From the NCBI GenBank assembly GCA_963667175.2, contig CAXXXF010000003.1, forward strand, positions 224,001-288,000: a stretch of DNA of 64,000 nucleotides. The letters run 5' to 3'. The stretch's first letter is position 1. Every line of letters starts with the position of its first letter. Made by a program: the position numbers and the translations under genes. The stretch comes from Candidatus Latescibacterota bacterium. Its GTDB lineage: Bacteria > Latescibacterota > UBA2968 > GCA-2709665. Shown piece by piece: positions 11,001 to 20,405 of this stretch. The notes below the pieces were generated by a model, which worked only from the letters and a program-made list of their open reading frames with translations, was not told where the DNA came from and did not search any database.

Positions 11001-11362
11001 TGATCGTGTACGGCGGTGACGGCGAGGTGATGTGGGATGCGGACGTAGGGGGTGCAGTACTTTCGGTAGCGGTTGCGGACGGAAGGGTGTACGCGGGCGC
11101 TTCGAACGGTTATGTGCAGTGCTTCGATACCGGGGGCTGCCGGACGTGGCGCCGTTTTCTCGCGGCGCCCGTTGTCGGTCTGTCGCCAGCAGGCGGCGGC
11201 GGGTGCCTGGCGGCCCTTGGGGATGGACGGACCGCGGGACTGAATGGAAACGGCGGGATGGCGTGGACCAGTGGCGGCACTGCGATCGCCGCCGCGGCAG
11301 CGTGGCCTGATGACCGGCTGCTCGTGGGCAGGCGGGACGGAACGGTGGAGTGTTTCGGATAG
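8069..11362 (+). CDS. heparinase II/III-like + beta-propeller protein, paralog 2 (tandem duplicate of paralog 1)
   Basis: Colinear with paralog 1 over its whole length, with long identical stretches (RHVIALGNMMDSAFL, SNKPVCDSWGHQW, GGSHSYQDGNCIVRYT). Confidence 0.65.
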   Translation: MNFRKPIHQTDLTSGVCISAPDTQPYQEAAQRLQSALQGVLSDNVEILTDARLDADGRHVIALGNMMDSAFLKTLYFRAYDLTDRVWPGPGGWAVRTAPDSLDNVGHVIVVGVSGADDVSEAADALSRTIESEGATLPYQHRVTLGKWADLYRKPARDRLDQGDEALERVFTSGPGDWTYMWAIAEIGMLAIQTGREELIPMFCRQVCNFARTRWFERHLPDPPQIHGFLRTMLLPFTVLENHPALSGDQRRETLEAFLGLYRSTEGAGNAGFLNHVGVDRVRQNHQTMSGLDLFYGGRYFHQVHGLAEGRAWMKLADVFFAPQMASNKPVCDSWGHQWAFSLFNTADFALASGKMDYFSSKPYLEGVDRALIAHSNLEGGPHQYMLMAAAVTGNDEYLRLCGASDSDTLAERAVRPNVEPFRTWVTGREAATPERMGRAGAAPLSRLFYDSLEDFGGFAPAGVYQRDVPYEKTFDKVYFRSGWTDEDDYLLLCGISGGSHSYQDGNCIVRYTGRGRNWFGGRLGPASVRDHNGVSVAVDGAGPGCEARYAALRYLEEGEGLSAAGTSMAYPGQADWYRHIVHGRQGWFLVIDEAWAKAEGEYLIECRWHVYGDVETVDGGIRAVQEDTRLEMRHSGSGSRELIPVTSALANEGTRWVQRSLKSLRAGEGVRFATLFWSDQEARPRNYALVPEASGYRIEGEGEASTVSLSAGCEDVNIEAQVAVLPTAGNAEDASDAGPFIASDGDARTDWRGQCGAAVTAVDVWAEGCFAGDDSGGITAFDRNGGKRWTHSVPRGIRTVLALADGGVVAGGEAEAVHRLDASGREVWSYPLEWQPMNWDYWTWLNCKVLSLAAADIDGDGREEILAGCADRHVYVFDEDGGLLWRSACQWGPPTCLEVARLRDGKGRHVLAGMADPSIHGCVRVFDADGACVETLSRPDIMSWSIPSWSKCLRAVDLNGDGLDEVISGVDTNHRQLIVYGGDGEVMWDADVGGAVLSVAVADGRVYAGASNGYVQCFDTGGCRTWRRFLAAPVVGLSPAGGGGCLAALGDGRTAGLNGNGGMAWTSGGTAIAAAAAWPDDRLLVGRRDGTVECFG

Positions 11363-11394
11363 ATTGCGACAGTACGTGGAAGGAGGGATCGGCG

Positions 11395-14300
11395 ATGCAT
11401 ATCGAACGTCCGCGCGCGCTCGAACCGGAAACCCAATTAAACGCGGCAACTCAGGTGCTCGTGGCGGCGCCCCGGTCCGAACACGGCCGGGCGGCGGCGG
11501 AAAGCATCCGCAGGGCGCTGGGCGACCTGAGCGTTCGCGTCGAACTTCTGGATGATCCCACCGGCGACGTGATGACGGCGGCCAACGGGCCGGTGATCGT
11601 CGTCGGCAACCTGGCGGACAGCCGGTGCGTGCGTGAACTCTACTTCCGTTTGCTGTGCGCGACGGACCTGTGGTACCCGGGTCCCGGTGGATATGAACTT
11701 CGCACGCTGTGCAACCCGTTCGGGACGGGCAACAATATCATCCAGGTGGGATACAGCGACGCCGCCGGGGCCGCGAAGGGTACGGCGGCGTTCCGTTCCC
11801 GCCTGGACGACCCCGTTCCGCACCTGGCAGATCTCGAGGTTACCCGGCTTCCGACGTCGGCGCATGAGGCGGCGCAGGTCCGGGAGGAGCCGCTCCTGCC
11901 AACGGCGTGGCAGATCGCGAATACCATGCAGGGAGACCAGAAAGGGTATCTCTACTATCTGACGGGAGAGCCCGAACTCGGAGCGGAATACCGCCGGGCG
12001 TGGGAGGCCGTTGTCGAGAGCGGGTATGTAAAATCGGAGAAAATCGTCCAGGCCCACCTCTACAGCCTCAGCCGCCTGCAGCCCTGGCGGCTGGTGGAAC
12101 ACATGGACCTGTTCAGCGAAGCGGAACGGCTCGACGTCACCCGGTTCATCTACGGCTGGGCGGAAAGCGAGGAGGGCTGGCGCCACGTCCAACGCTGTCC
12201 CCGCGTGGTGAGCATGCACGTTCCAAGGCAGAACCACGAACTCATTCCCGCCCTGGCGTTGACCTGCGCGGCGGCGTATTTCCGGACGCACTTCCCGGAA
12301 CTTGACGGCCCGGAGCAGTGGGAGCAGGTCGCCCGTCGAGCGTATGCTCCCTACGGATCCTCCTGGAAACCGCTGTGCGACGGACTCTGCCACGGATGGT
12401 GGATGTCGCAACCGGTGATCGTTGAGTACGGCCTGAACGATCCGGAACACGCGTACTTCGAGCAGGGCGGCGCCAGGCAGGCCGCGGACGCGGCGCTGGC
12501 CGTGGTGAACAACGAGGGATGGCTACCGTCGGCGGGAGACAGCGATCTGAACCGGCAGTTTCCGGGACCGAGCCTGCGTACGGCGGCGGCTTATTTCAAC
12601 GACGGGCGGTACCGTTTCGTCCACGACCTCGCGCCGCCGGAGCGTCGTCTGGTCAGCCTGACGTCACTGCCGAGGGCATTCGACGCCGGCGTGGTTCCGG
12701 TAGTGCCGGACGACCGGCTGGGTGTGACCGTCGTTCCGGTGGACCCGCTGCTCTATCACGCGTGGGAACGGGACCCTCGCGGCGCGCCGGGCGTGGTGAC
12801 CACGCCCCCATCGGCGCCGATCGACCGGTGTTTCGACAAGCTCTCGGTGCGTACCGGATGGGAGCCCGACGATGACTTTCTCCTGATCGACGGACTTGGC
12901 GGCGGCAGCCACTCGTACGACGACGCGGGCGGCATACTGGATTACGCGCGTCTGGGTCTCTCGCTGATCGTGCAGGAGGACAGTTTCGTACACTCCGCGC
13001 CCGAACATATGTCGGCCGTTACGGTCGTCCGGGACGGTGAATTCGGTGAGATACCGGGATTCGCGGTTCTGGAGGCGAACGAGACCGACGCCGAAGGCAA
13101 CGTTTATCTGCGGATACGGCTGAAGGACTACGCGGGCGCGGACTGGGTGAGGGAGGTCTACCTGCGCCCGGGGTGCTGCGTTGTTTTCAACGATACGGTG
13201 ATTGCGAACCAGGCGGGAGACTTTGCGGTGGAAGCCCGCTTCCGAACCCCCGCCCTGCTGGTTCTTAACGGGAACGAGGCGCGTTGTGCGAGGCGGAGCC
13301 CCACCGCCGGGGACGTGACGTTCCGGATCCGGAGCCTGGGTGAGGCCGCTTCGCTGGCGGTGGAGGAAGATCCGGTCCATCTGCGGTACAAGAACGCGGT
13401 GGACCGGGAGCTCTGGAAGGAGCGGTACCATACGGACGACGTCGTGCTTTCCACGTTTGTGGCCCGGCGCGCCCAGCGCCTGGAAGCCGGGGAGGGCGTG
13501 CGCCTCACCCACGTCGCGCAGGCGTGCGGACCGGGAGAAGCAGGCCTTCTCGAGAAAGAAGGCGAGGTCTGCCTCGTGCAGGAAGAGATCTCGCGGCGGC
13601 TGGAGACGCTGCCGGTGCGGGCGCCCGCGACCGGGAGATTGACGGGTGACGCTCGTTCGGAACGGGCCGATGCCGCGCTGGTTTTCACCGCCGGGGATCC
13701 CATCCGCGCAATCCGCCCGCTGGCGGACGGGTCTGTGGTCGTGGGCGCCGAAAGCGGCGGCGTCACTTTCCTCGATCCGGAGGGTCGGGCGGCCTGGTCG
13801 GCGGCGCTGGACGGCCCGCTGTACGACGTCGGCGCCGCGGAGGGAGAAGCTGTTGTACTCGCGGTCGGGCACGGTCCGAGCCGGTTGACGGGGTTCGACG
13901 TCGAAGGCCGGCAATTGTGGCAGACGGACGTCGAGCGGGAACCCTGCCCGTGGCCGTGGTGGGAACTGCCGACGCCGGCGCCCGTGCAGGTGGAGGGCGG
14001 CGTACACGAGGGTTCGGCCTTCTTTGCCGTCGGGTGCGGGGACATACAGATCCGCGGCTTCGACGGCGCCGGACGAGAGCGGTGGCGGCAGCGCTACAAT
14101 GAAGGGGTGCCCGGTCGCATCCGGGTGGCCGACGTGGACGGTTGCGGCGGTCCGGAAATCGTCGCCGGGGGCGAGGTGCTCAGCGACACGTCCAAATGCC
14201 GTATCCTGGACCCCAAGGGGGATTTTCTCGCCCACCTGGACGTGGAGGGATGGACGAGCATTCTGACGGCGCTGGCGTTCGCCGAATTCGACGGACGGCG

Positions 14301-14712
14301 CGTCATCGGATGCGGCGCGAACCGGGGCCGGAACCTGCACGTGTACGAACACGGTGACGGTGAGGGCTGGCAACGGCGCTGGATGAAGCGCCTGGGCGGG
14401 CGGGTCACTGGCATCTGGTTCCTCGGGTCCGACCAAAACGTGATCGTGTGTACGAGCCAGGGATTCCTGCTCTGTTACGACCTGGACGGGAACCGAATCT
14501 GGCGCCGGCTTTTCGAAAAGGGCATCCGCCACCTGGCGCCGTTTGGAGACGAAACGCTTGTGATCGACGATCAGGGACAGCTCAGCGCGGTCACCGCACC
14601 CGGAGACGTCCGGACGCTGGGCCGGTTGCCGGGACCATGCGCGATCGCGGAACCCTGCGGAGCAGGGGTGCTCCTGGCGTGCGGGCGCGAGATCTGGCGC
14701 ATCGATGTTTGA
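11395..14712 (+). CDS. heparinase II/III-like + beta-propeller protein, paralog 3
   Basis: AGGAGG RBS before ATG 11395. YPGPGGYELRT, RQNHE, FDKLSVRTGW..DFLLIDG.GGGSHSYDDAG, and a C-terminal propeller with ADVDG. Confidence 0.62.
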   Translation: MHIERPRALEPETQLNAATQVLVAAPRSEHGRAAAESIRRALGDLSVRVELLDDPTGDVMTAANGPVIVVGNLADSRCVRELYFRLLCATDLWYPGPGGYELRTLCNPFGTGNNIIQVGYSDAAGAAKGTAAFRSRLDDPVPHLADLEVTRLPTSAHEAAQVREEPLLPTAWQIANTMQGDQKGYLYYLTGEPELGAEYRRAWEAVVESGYVKSEKIVQAHLYSLSRLQPWRLVEHMDLFSEAERLDVTRFIYGWAESEEGWRHVQRCPRVVSMHVPRQNHELIPALALTCAAAYFRTHFPELDGPEQWEQVARRAYAPYGSSWKPLCDGLCHGWWMSQPVIVEYGLNDPEHAYFEQGGARQAADAALAVVNNEGWLPSAGDSDLNRQFPGPSLRTAAAYFNDGRYRFVHDLAPPERRLVSLTSLPRAFDAGVVPVVPDDRLGVTVVPVDPLLYHAWERDPRGAPGVVTTPPSAPIDRCFDKLSVRTGWEPDDDFLLIDGLGGGSHSYDDAGGILDYARLGLSLIVQEDSFVHSAPEHMSAVTVVRDGEFGEIPGFAVLEANETDAEGNVYLRIRLKDYAGADWVREVYLRPGCCVVFNDTVIANQAGDFAVEARFRTPALLVLNGNEARCARRSPTAGDVTFRIRSLGEAASLAVEEDPVHLRYKNAVDRELWKERYHTDDVVLSTFVARRAQRLEAGEGVRLTHVAQACGPGEAGLLEKEGEVCLVQEEISRRLETLPVRAPATGRLTGDARSERADAALVFTAGDPIRAIRPLADGSVVVGAESGGVTFLDPEGRAAWSAALDGPLYDVGAAEGEAVVLAVGHGPSRLTGFDVEGRQLWQTDVEREPCPWPWWELPTPAPVQVEGGVHEGSAFFAVGCGDIQIRGFDGAGRERWRQRYNEGVPGRIRVADVDGCGGPEIVAGGEVLSDTSKCRILDPKGDFLAHLDVEGWTSILTALAFAEFDGRRVIGCGANRGRNLHVYEHGDGEGWQRRWMKRLGGRVTGIWFLGSDQNVIVCTSQGFLLCYDLDGNRIWRRLFEKGIRHLAPFGDETLVIDDQGQLSAVTAPGDVRTLGRLPGPCAIAEPCGAGVLLACGREIWRIDV

Positions 14713-14747
14713 GACGTTTATCTTCCGTGTAAATTAAGGAGGGACGT

Positions 14748-15614
14748 ATGGACGCCTATGAGCGATATCATTTCGACGTGAACGGGTACATTGTGGTCGA
14801 GGACATACTGACGCCGGACGAGGTGGCGGCGCTGAACGAGGCGATCGACCACAATCCGGATCATGTCCACATCCGAAAGGGCGAATTGTTGCTCTCCGGC
14901 GCGGCCAAACAGCACGGGGGCAAGGCAGCGCCGTTGTTGAAGGGCACCCACGGCCGTGGGGACATCATGGATATACTGAACTGGCCCAAACCCTGGCGCC
15001 AGCCCTTCCGTGACCTGCTGACGCATCCGCGGGCCATGCGGTACATGCTGGAACTGATCGGCGACGGGTTTCGCTACGGCAACGCAAACGGGATCAGCAT
15101 GACGGCAGGCGCCGAGGGGTTCCTGTTTCACGGCGGGGGCACGCCCAGGGGTCCGTATTATTACGATTTTCAGGACGGGCGGATGTGGAACGGGCTGATG
15201 GCCGTCTGCTATCAGTTGACGGACGTCGGTCAGGGCGACGGTGGGTTCGCCTGCATTCCCGGCAGCCACCGGGCGAACTACCCCTGCCCCAATGACGTTC
15301 GCCGGCTGGACGTCCATCCGGAGTGGTTCAAACATCTCCCGATGAAGGCGGGTTCGGCGCTGATCTTCACCGAGGCGCTCACCCACGGCACGCTTCCATG
15401 GACGGCGTCCCACGAGCGGCGAACGCTGCTCTACAGGTATGGCTCCGGGGATATGGTCTTCGGGTCCGGGCCGGCCATCCACCCGGCCGGTTACGAGTCG
15501 TTCAAGGACGAGTTGACGCCCTTGCAGCGCGCGCTGATGGAGCCGCCCTACGCCAGCAGGCGGCCCAGTCTCCTGCCGCTGATGGAAGAAGAGGAGAAAC
15601 GACGGGGAGGGTGA
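14748..15614 (+). CDS. phytanoyl-CoA dioxygenase (PhyH) family Fe(II)/2OG oxygenase
   Basis: FDVNGYIVVEDIL, GGFACIPGSH, KAGSALIFTEALTHG and ERRTLLYRY motifs; AGGAGG RBS. Confidence 0.85.
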   Translation: MDAYERYHFDVNGYIVVEDILTPDEVAALNEAIDHNPDHVHIRKGELLLSGAAKQHGGKAAPLLKGTHGRGDIMDILNWPKPWRQPFRDLLTHPRAMRYMLELIGDGFRYGNANGISMTAGAEGFLFHGGGTPRGPYYYDFQDGRMWNGLMAVCYQLTDVGQGDGGFACIPGSHRANYPCPNDVRRLDVHPEWFKHLPMKAGSALIFTEALTHGTLPWTASHERRTLLYRYGSGDMVFGSGPAIHPAGYESFKDELTPLQRALMEPPYASRRPSLLPLMEEEEKRRGG

Positions 15615-15657
15615 GCCGGATATAGCGCACAATGGAATCACACGGAATGTCACGAAT

Positions 15658-17643
15658 ATGACTCAATCCGCGGCGAAGTCCCCGCCGGAGACGCAGCCCT
15701 TGAAACTGAGGGAAGGGATCACCCTTCGAGCCGTGGTCATCGGCGTGCTCGCCGTGGTCGCCATCAATCTCTGGGTCACCTACGCGGAGACGGTGGTACG
15801 GTCCTCCCGGCTCAACCTGAGTTTCTTTCAGCTGACGCTGCTCAGCATTTTCATTGCGCTGGTGGGCGGCGTGAACCCGTTGCTCCGGCGAATCAGGCCC
15901 CGCTCCGTTCTGTCTCCGTCCGAACTGCTGACGGTGGCGGCAATCGGCATGGTCGGGTCGGTGGCGCCGACTTCCGGAGTTACCGGGTTCCTGGTGGGCG
16001 TGATCGGCAGCCCCATCTATTTCGCAACGCCCGAAAACGGGTGGGCGGAATACTACCACCCGCATCTCAAGCCGTGGATGGTTCCGTCGGACAGCGGCGC
16101 CCTGCGGGCCTTCTTCGAGGGGAGCGCCGGCGGCCTTCCGGCATGGAAGACCTGGCTGGCGCCGCTGGCGTGGTGGAGCAGCCTGGTCGCGGCGCTTCTG
16201 GCGGGCTCCGCGTGCGCGATGGTGATACTGCGAAGGCAATGGGCGGAGCACGAGAAGCTGGTCTATCCCCTTGCCGCCGTGCCGGTCGAAATGGCGGAGG
16301 GCGCGTCGTCCCGAAGCGCGCTGCCCGATTTCATGAAAGGCAAGCTCTTCTGGCTCGGGGCGATTCTTGCGTTCGGGCTCTTCGCCTGGCACGCGACGTC
16401 CTGGTTCTTTCACGGGATGCCGGGCATCCGGTTCTTTCCCCACGCCGGCTACTTCCGCTTTACCCGCTATTCTCCAGGCGTCTACATCCAGCCCCTGCAG
16501 TTCTATACGATCGGGTTCGCGTATTTCGCCAACCTGCAGGTGTTGTTCAGCATCTGGTTCTTCTTCCTGGCGCACGTGGTGGAGGGCGGAATCTTCAACC
16601 GCCTCGGGTATCAGATCGAACGGTCCACCGATACCTTCAGCGCGGACCCGCCCACCGAAGCGTGGCAGTGCTTCGGCGCGCTGGCTTGTCTGGTCGCCTG
16701 GCGACTCTGGGTGGCCCGGACCCACCTGCGGGACGTGTTCCTCAAGGCGATGCGGGCGGACCATCCGCTCGACGACGGCCGGGAGGTCCTTTCGTACCGG
16801 GCATCGGTCCTGGGGCTGCTGCTGAGCGCGGTCTACGCGCTGTTCTGGCTCCAGCGGTCCGGTATGGACGCGCTCTCGGCGGCGATGTTCCTGTTTGCCC
16901 TCGGCATCATATACATCGGCCTGGCGCGGGTCGTTTCGGAGGCGGGGGTGGCCTACGCCCAGGGCACCGTGACGCCGCAGGCCTTCGTGATGGACCTTCG
17001 GGGTACCTACGGGCTCTCCGGCGCCTGCCTGACGTCCATCGCGCTCTCCTACGCGTTGATCGACTATATGCGCGGCCTCTTCACGCCCGGTCTTGCGCAG
17101 GCGGTTCGAATCGCGGACCGGATCCGGGGGAACCGGCGTCTCCTGTTGTTCTGCGTGACGGTGGGGGTGTTCGCGGGGCTCGCGTCATCGGTCTGGTTCA
17201 CGCTACACCTTGGCCATACGCACGGCGCGTACAATTTCTCGCGTCTGTTTTTCAACGGGAACCCGAAGGCCGTCTTTTCCACCACGCTGGGACAGATGCG
17301 AACGCCGGGGGCGCCCGAGTTGAGCCGGGTGTTGTTTTTCGGGATCGGCGCGGGCCTGATGGGGGCGCTCACCTTTCTGCGCTACCGGTACTCCTGGTGG
17401 CCGATCCATCCCATCGGGCTGGCCGTCGCCGCCGCCGATAACGTGTACAGCCTGGCGATGCCGGTGTTCATGGCCTGGGCCGCCAAGGCGGTGGTCATGC
17501 GGGTCGGCGGGGTTGCGCTCTACCGGCGGTCCAAGCCGCTGTTCCTGGGCCTGCTGGTGGGATATACGGCGGGCGTGGTGCTGGCCTTCACGGTCGACGC
17601 CGTGTGGTTTCCCGGCCAGGGACACCAGGTGCACTGGTGGTAG
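15658..17643 (+). CDS. DUF6785/DUF6784-like polytopic membrane protein (putative transporter), paralog 1
   Basis: Many hydrophobic segments; YFATPEN.W, ILRRQW.EHEKLVYPL, WWPIHPIG and LFLGLLVG motifs. Confidence 0.75.
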   Translation: MTQSAAKSPPETQPLKLREGITLRAVVIGVLAVVAINLWVTYAETVVRSSRLNLSFFQLTLLSIFIALVGGVNPLLRRIRPRSVLSPSELLTVAAIGMVGSVAPTSGVTGFLVGVIGSPIYFATPENGWAEYYHPHLKPWMVPSDSGALRAFFEGSAGGLPAWKTWLAPLAWWSSLVAALLAGSACAMVILRRQWAEHEKLVYPLAAVPVEMAEGASSRSALPDFMKGKLFWLGAILAFGLFAWHATSWFFHGMPGIRFFPHAGYFRFTRYSPGVYIQPLQFYTIGFAYFANLQVLFSIWFFFLAHVVEGGIFNRLGYQIERSTDTFSADPPTEAWQCFGALACLVAWRLWVARTHLRDVFLKAMRADHPLDDGREVLSYRASVLGLLLSAVYALFWLQRSGMDALSAAMFLFALGIIYIGLARVVSEAGVAYAQGTVTPQAFVMDLRGTYGLSGACLTSIALSYALIDYMRGLFTPGLAQAVRIADRIRGNRRLLLFCVTVGVFAGLASSVWFTLHLGHTHGAYNFSRLFFNGNPKAVFSTTLGQMRTPGAPELSRVLFFGIGAGLMGALTFLRYRYSWWPIHPIGLAVAAADNVYSLAMPVFMAWAAKAVVMRVGGVALYRRSKPLFLGLLVGYTAGVVLAFTVDAVWFPGQGHQVHWW

Positions 17644-17764
17644 CCGGGAACGGTCTTCGTTCTCCCGCCGGTCGTACCTGGTGATACGCCGTCGTCCGCA
17701 CAATCGGACGGAATACCCACGCGTTCCTGATCTTCCCGTCTGAAACACGTTCGAAACGAAATTC

Positions 17765-19736
17765 ATGGAATCGTCGCCGATACATAGCGGGGCGCCACAC
17801 ACCGGAAGCCCCGAGGACAAACCGGGCGGAGTCACCGCGAGGTCGGTGGGAATCGGCCTTCTCATGGTGGTGTTCGTCAACTTCTGGATCCTCTACTCGC
17901 TGTACCTGATCCGGGCGTCCTGGCTGCAGGTGACCCATTTTCCGATGGGACTGTTCGTGCCCTTCATGCTCCTGGCGCTGTTTGCGAATCCCGCGCTCAA
18001 GGCGCTCCGGCGCGGCAGGGGCCTGTCCCGTTCGGAGATTCTGGTGGTGGCCGCGATGGGCCTGACCGGCGCGATGGCGCCCGGATTCAGCCTGATGACC
18101 ACGCTCCTGGGGACCATCTCGGTTCCGTACTACATGGCGACCCCGGAAAACCAGTGGAGCGCCTTTTTCCATCTCCACATGCCGGACTGGATCGCGCCGT
18201 CGAACCGCGGCGGCGCGATGCGGATGCTGTTCGAAGGCCTCCCCACGAGGGACACGCCGATTCCCCTTGGCGCCTGGGCCGGACCGTTGACCTGGTGGAT
18301 GGCCCTGGTGGGGGCGTTCGCGTTCGCTTCGATGTGCCTGATGGTGATCCTGCGCCGGCAGTGGGTGGAGTACGAACGGCTGGTGTACCCGCTCGCGCAG
18401 GTGGCCGCCGACATGGCCGGCGACGAGCGGGACGGGCGCTCGCTTCCAGGGTTCATGCGCGCCCGCGCCTTCAAGTTCGGGTTCGGGGCGGCCACCCTGG
18501 TCATGACCTGGAACATGATGTCTCATTTCGCGCCGGGGTTTCCCGAGATACCGCTCGGCATCCCGTCGAGGTGGACCACGTTCTTCAAGGGATTTCCGCC
18601 GCTCCACACGACCATCAACTTCTACACGATCGGATTCGCGTATCTGGCCAACCTGGACGTGCTCTTCAGCATCTGGTTCTTCCACTTCATGGCGATGTGG
18701 GAGGTCTTCGTCTTCGGAAGGCTGGGCGTGGGAAGGATCTCCGGCGGGGCGGCCGTATCGTGGCAGAGTATCGGCGCGTTGTGTGCGCTGGTGGCGTGGG
18801 GGCTGTGGACCGCGCGGAAGCACCTGCGCCAGGTCCTCAGAGGGGCGATCCATCCATCCGGGGACGATGCTCAGGAGATTCTGTCCTACCGGACGGCTGC
18901 GTGCGGCGCGGCGCTGAGTCTGATCTTCATCGTCGCCTGGTTCTACAATGCCGGCATGGGCATGCTTCTCTCAGCCGTACTGGTTCTGTTCTTCTTTATT
19001 ACCTATCTGGGCATCGCGCGGGTGGTGGCGCAGTCGGGTCTGCTGTACGTCAGCTCCCCGATGTTTCCGCAAACCGCGATCCTGCGTTCCGTCGGCCCCG
19101 CCGCGATTCCCGGGCGCGCGATGACGGCGTTGGCGTTTTCTTTCGCCCTGCGCAATGACGGCCGCGGGCTCTTCATGCCCGCCCTGGCGCACGTGGCGAA
19201 AATCGGCGACCTGATCGGCGGGGGACCGGCGCCGGCTCGGTTACGCCGTGGCGCTGGGCCTTGGCGGCGCCGTGGCGACCTCCGTCGGTCTGACGCTTTA
19301 CTGGGGATATACGATCGGCGCGTACAATTTCGGCAGTATCGCGCTGCTGCGGCGGACGGTTCCCACCTTCAACTGGTTCGCGGGGATGATGTCCAGCCCG
19401 GAACCGGTGAAGCCGGAGGTGTTCGGGTATTTCGGCGCCGGCTGCGCCGCGATGCTCGCGCTGACGTTCCTGCGTTACCGCCTGCCCTGGTGGCCGCTGC
19501 ATCCGCTGGGTCTGGCCGTGACCTGGTCGGGAATGACGGTACACTCGGTACTCTCGGTTTTTCTGGCCTGGGCGGTAAAGGGCATCGTACTGAAGGCGGG
19601 CGGCGTTTTTCTGTACCGGCGATCCATTCCTTTTTTCATGGGGTTGATGGTCGGATACGCGCTGAACGTGGGGGTTTCGTTCGTGCTGGACGTCACGTAT
19701 TTCGGCGGGGAGGGACACGGGGTGCATGCGTATTAG
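17765..19736 (+). pseudogene. DUF6785/DUF6784-like membrane protein, paralog 2, split by a +1 frameshift
   Basis: The 17765 ORF has ILRRQWVEYERLVYPL. The C-terminal part (WWPLHPLG...GHGVHAY) is in the 19248..19736 frame. Removing one G from the G5 run at 19220-19224 restores IGGDRRRLGYAVALG. Confidence 0.75.
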
Positions 19737-19760
19737 GTGAGCGGCCATTTGTGCGGTCTC

Positions 19761-20074
19761 TTAATCACCTTTTGAACAACCTGTCGCAAACACCCGACAC
19801 TGAAATATGCCTGCATCATTACAGTTTTCCAGGGCTTCTTCTTCTGCCGTCTCCCTCGAATTAGTGGACACGTAACTAAATTGACCACCGGGACTTAATG
19901 CCACCGCAATGCATGCATTCTTGAATGTGGCTTTTATCGTGCAGTCACCGTCACATCGAGCAAGTGCTGCAAGTTCTGCCTCTGCCTCGGTGTCCTTGTT
20001 GTAAGCCACGCCGATTTCAGGATACCCGTTTCCTGATCCAGCGGCTACCGCTCCCCAGTAATCCTGGTCAGGTC
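19761..20074 (-). pseudogene. DUF4189-like Cys-rich secreted domain, 5' part missing
   Basis: YWGAVA...AE.AALARC...C.....F.NAC.AVA...AEEEALENC...C....C pattern. The upstream part of the ORF is the mini mobile element, and there is no signal peptide. Confidence 0.6.
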
Positions 20075-20293
20075 CTAACGCGGCTTCACTACGCTCAGCC
20101 GCAACCAAATAGATTGAAGTGAACGTCTGAGCCCGTTTGACGTCGCAATCACTCCCCCCTTGAGGGGGAGTCGCAGAAGCCGAGCCGACCGGCGAAGGCT
20201 GATGCGGTGGGGGACTTAAACGCGTTACCGTAAGCAAACAGCACGAACAAACATGCACGCATTTTGCGTGGAAGTCTCGCTGTAAGATTCTAA
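20075..20293 (+). mobile_element. 219-bp non-autonomous derivative of the adjacent element
   Basis: Carries the 5' end (32/36 nt match) and the 3' end (41/49 nt match) of the 20406..22116 element. CTAA at both ends; opposite orientation; no transposase. Confidence 0.75.
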
Positions 20294-20405
20294 GACTCCC
20301 GTCAAAGGCCATGTCAAGGTCAATCATCGTAGCGCAGTCGCACGATTCAATACAATGGAATTCAAACAAACCCTCGGTTTCGAACACAAACAGAATTCTG
20401 CTAAA

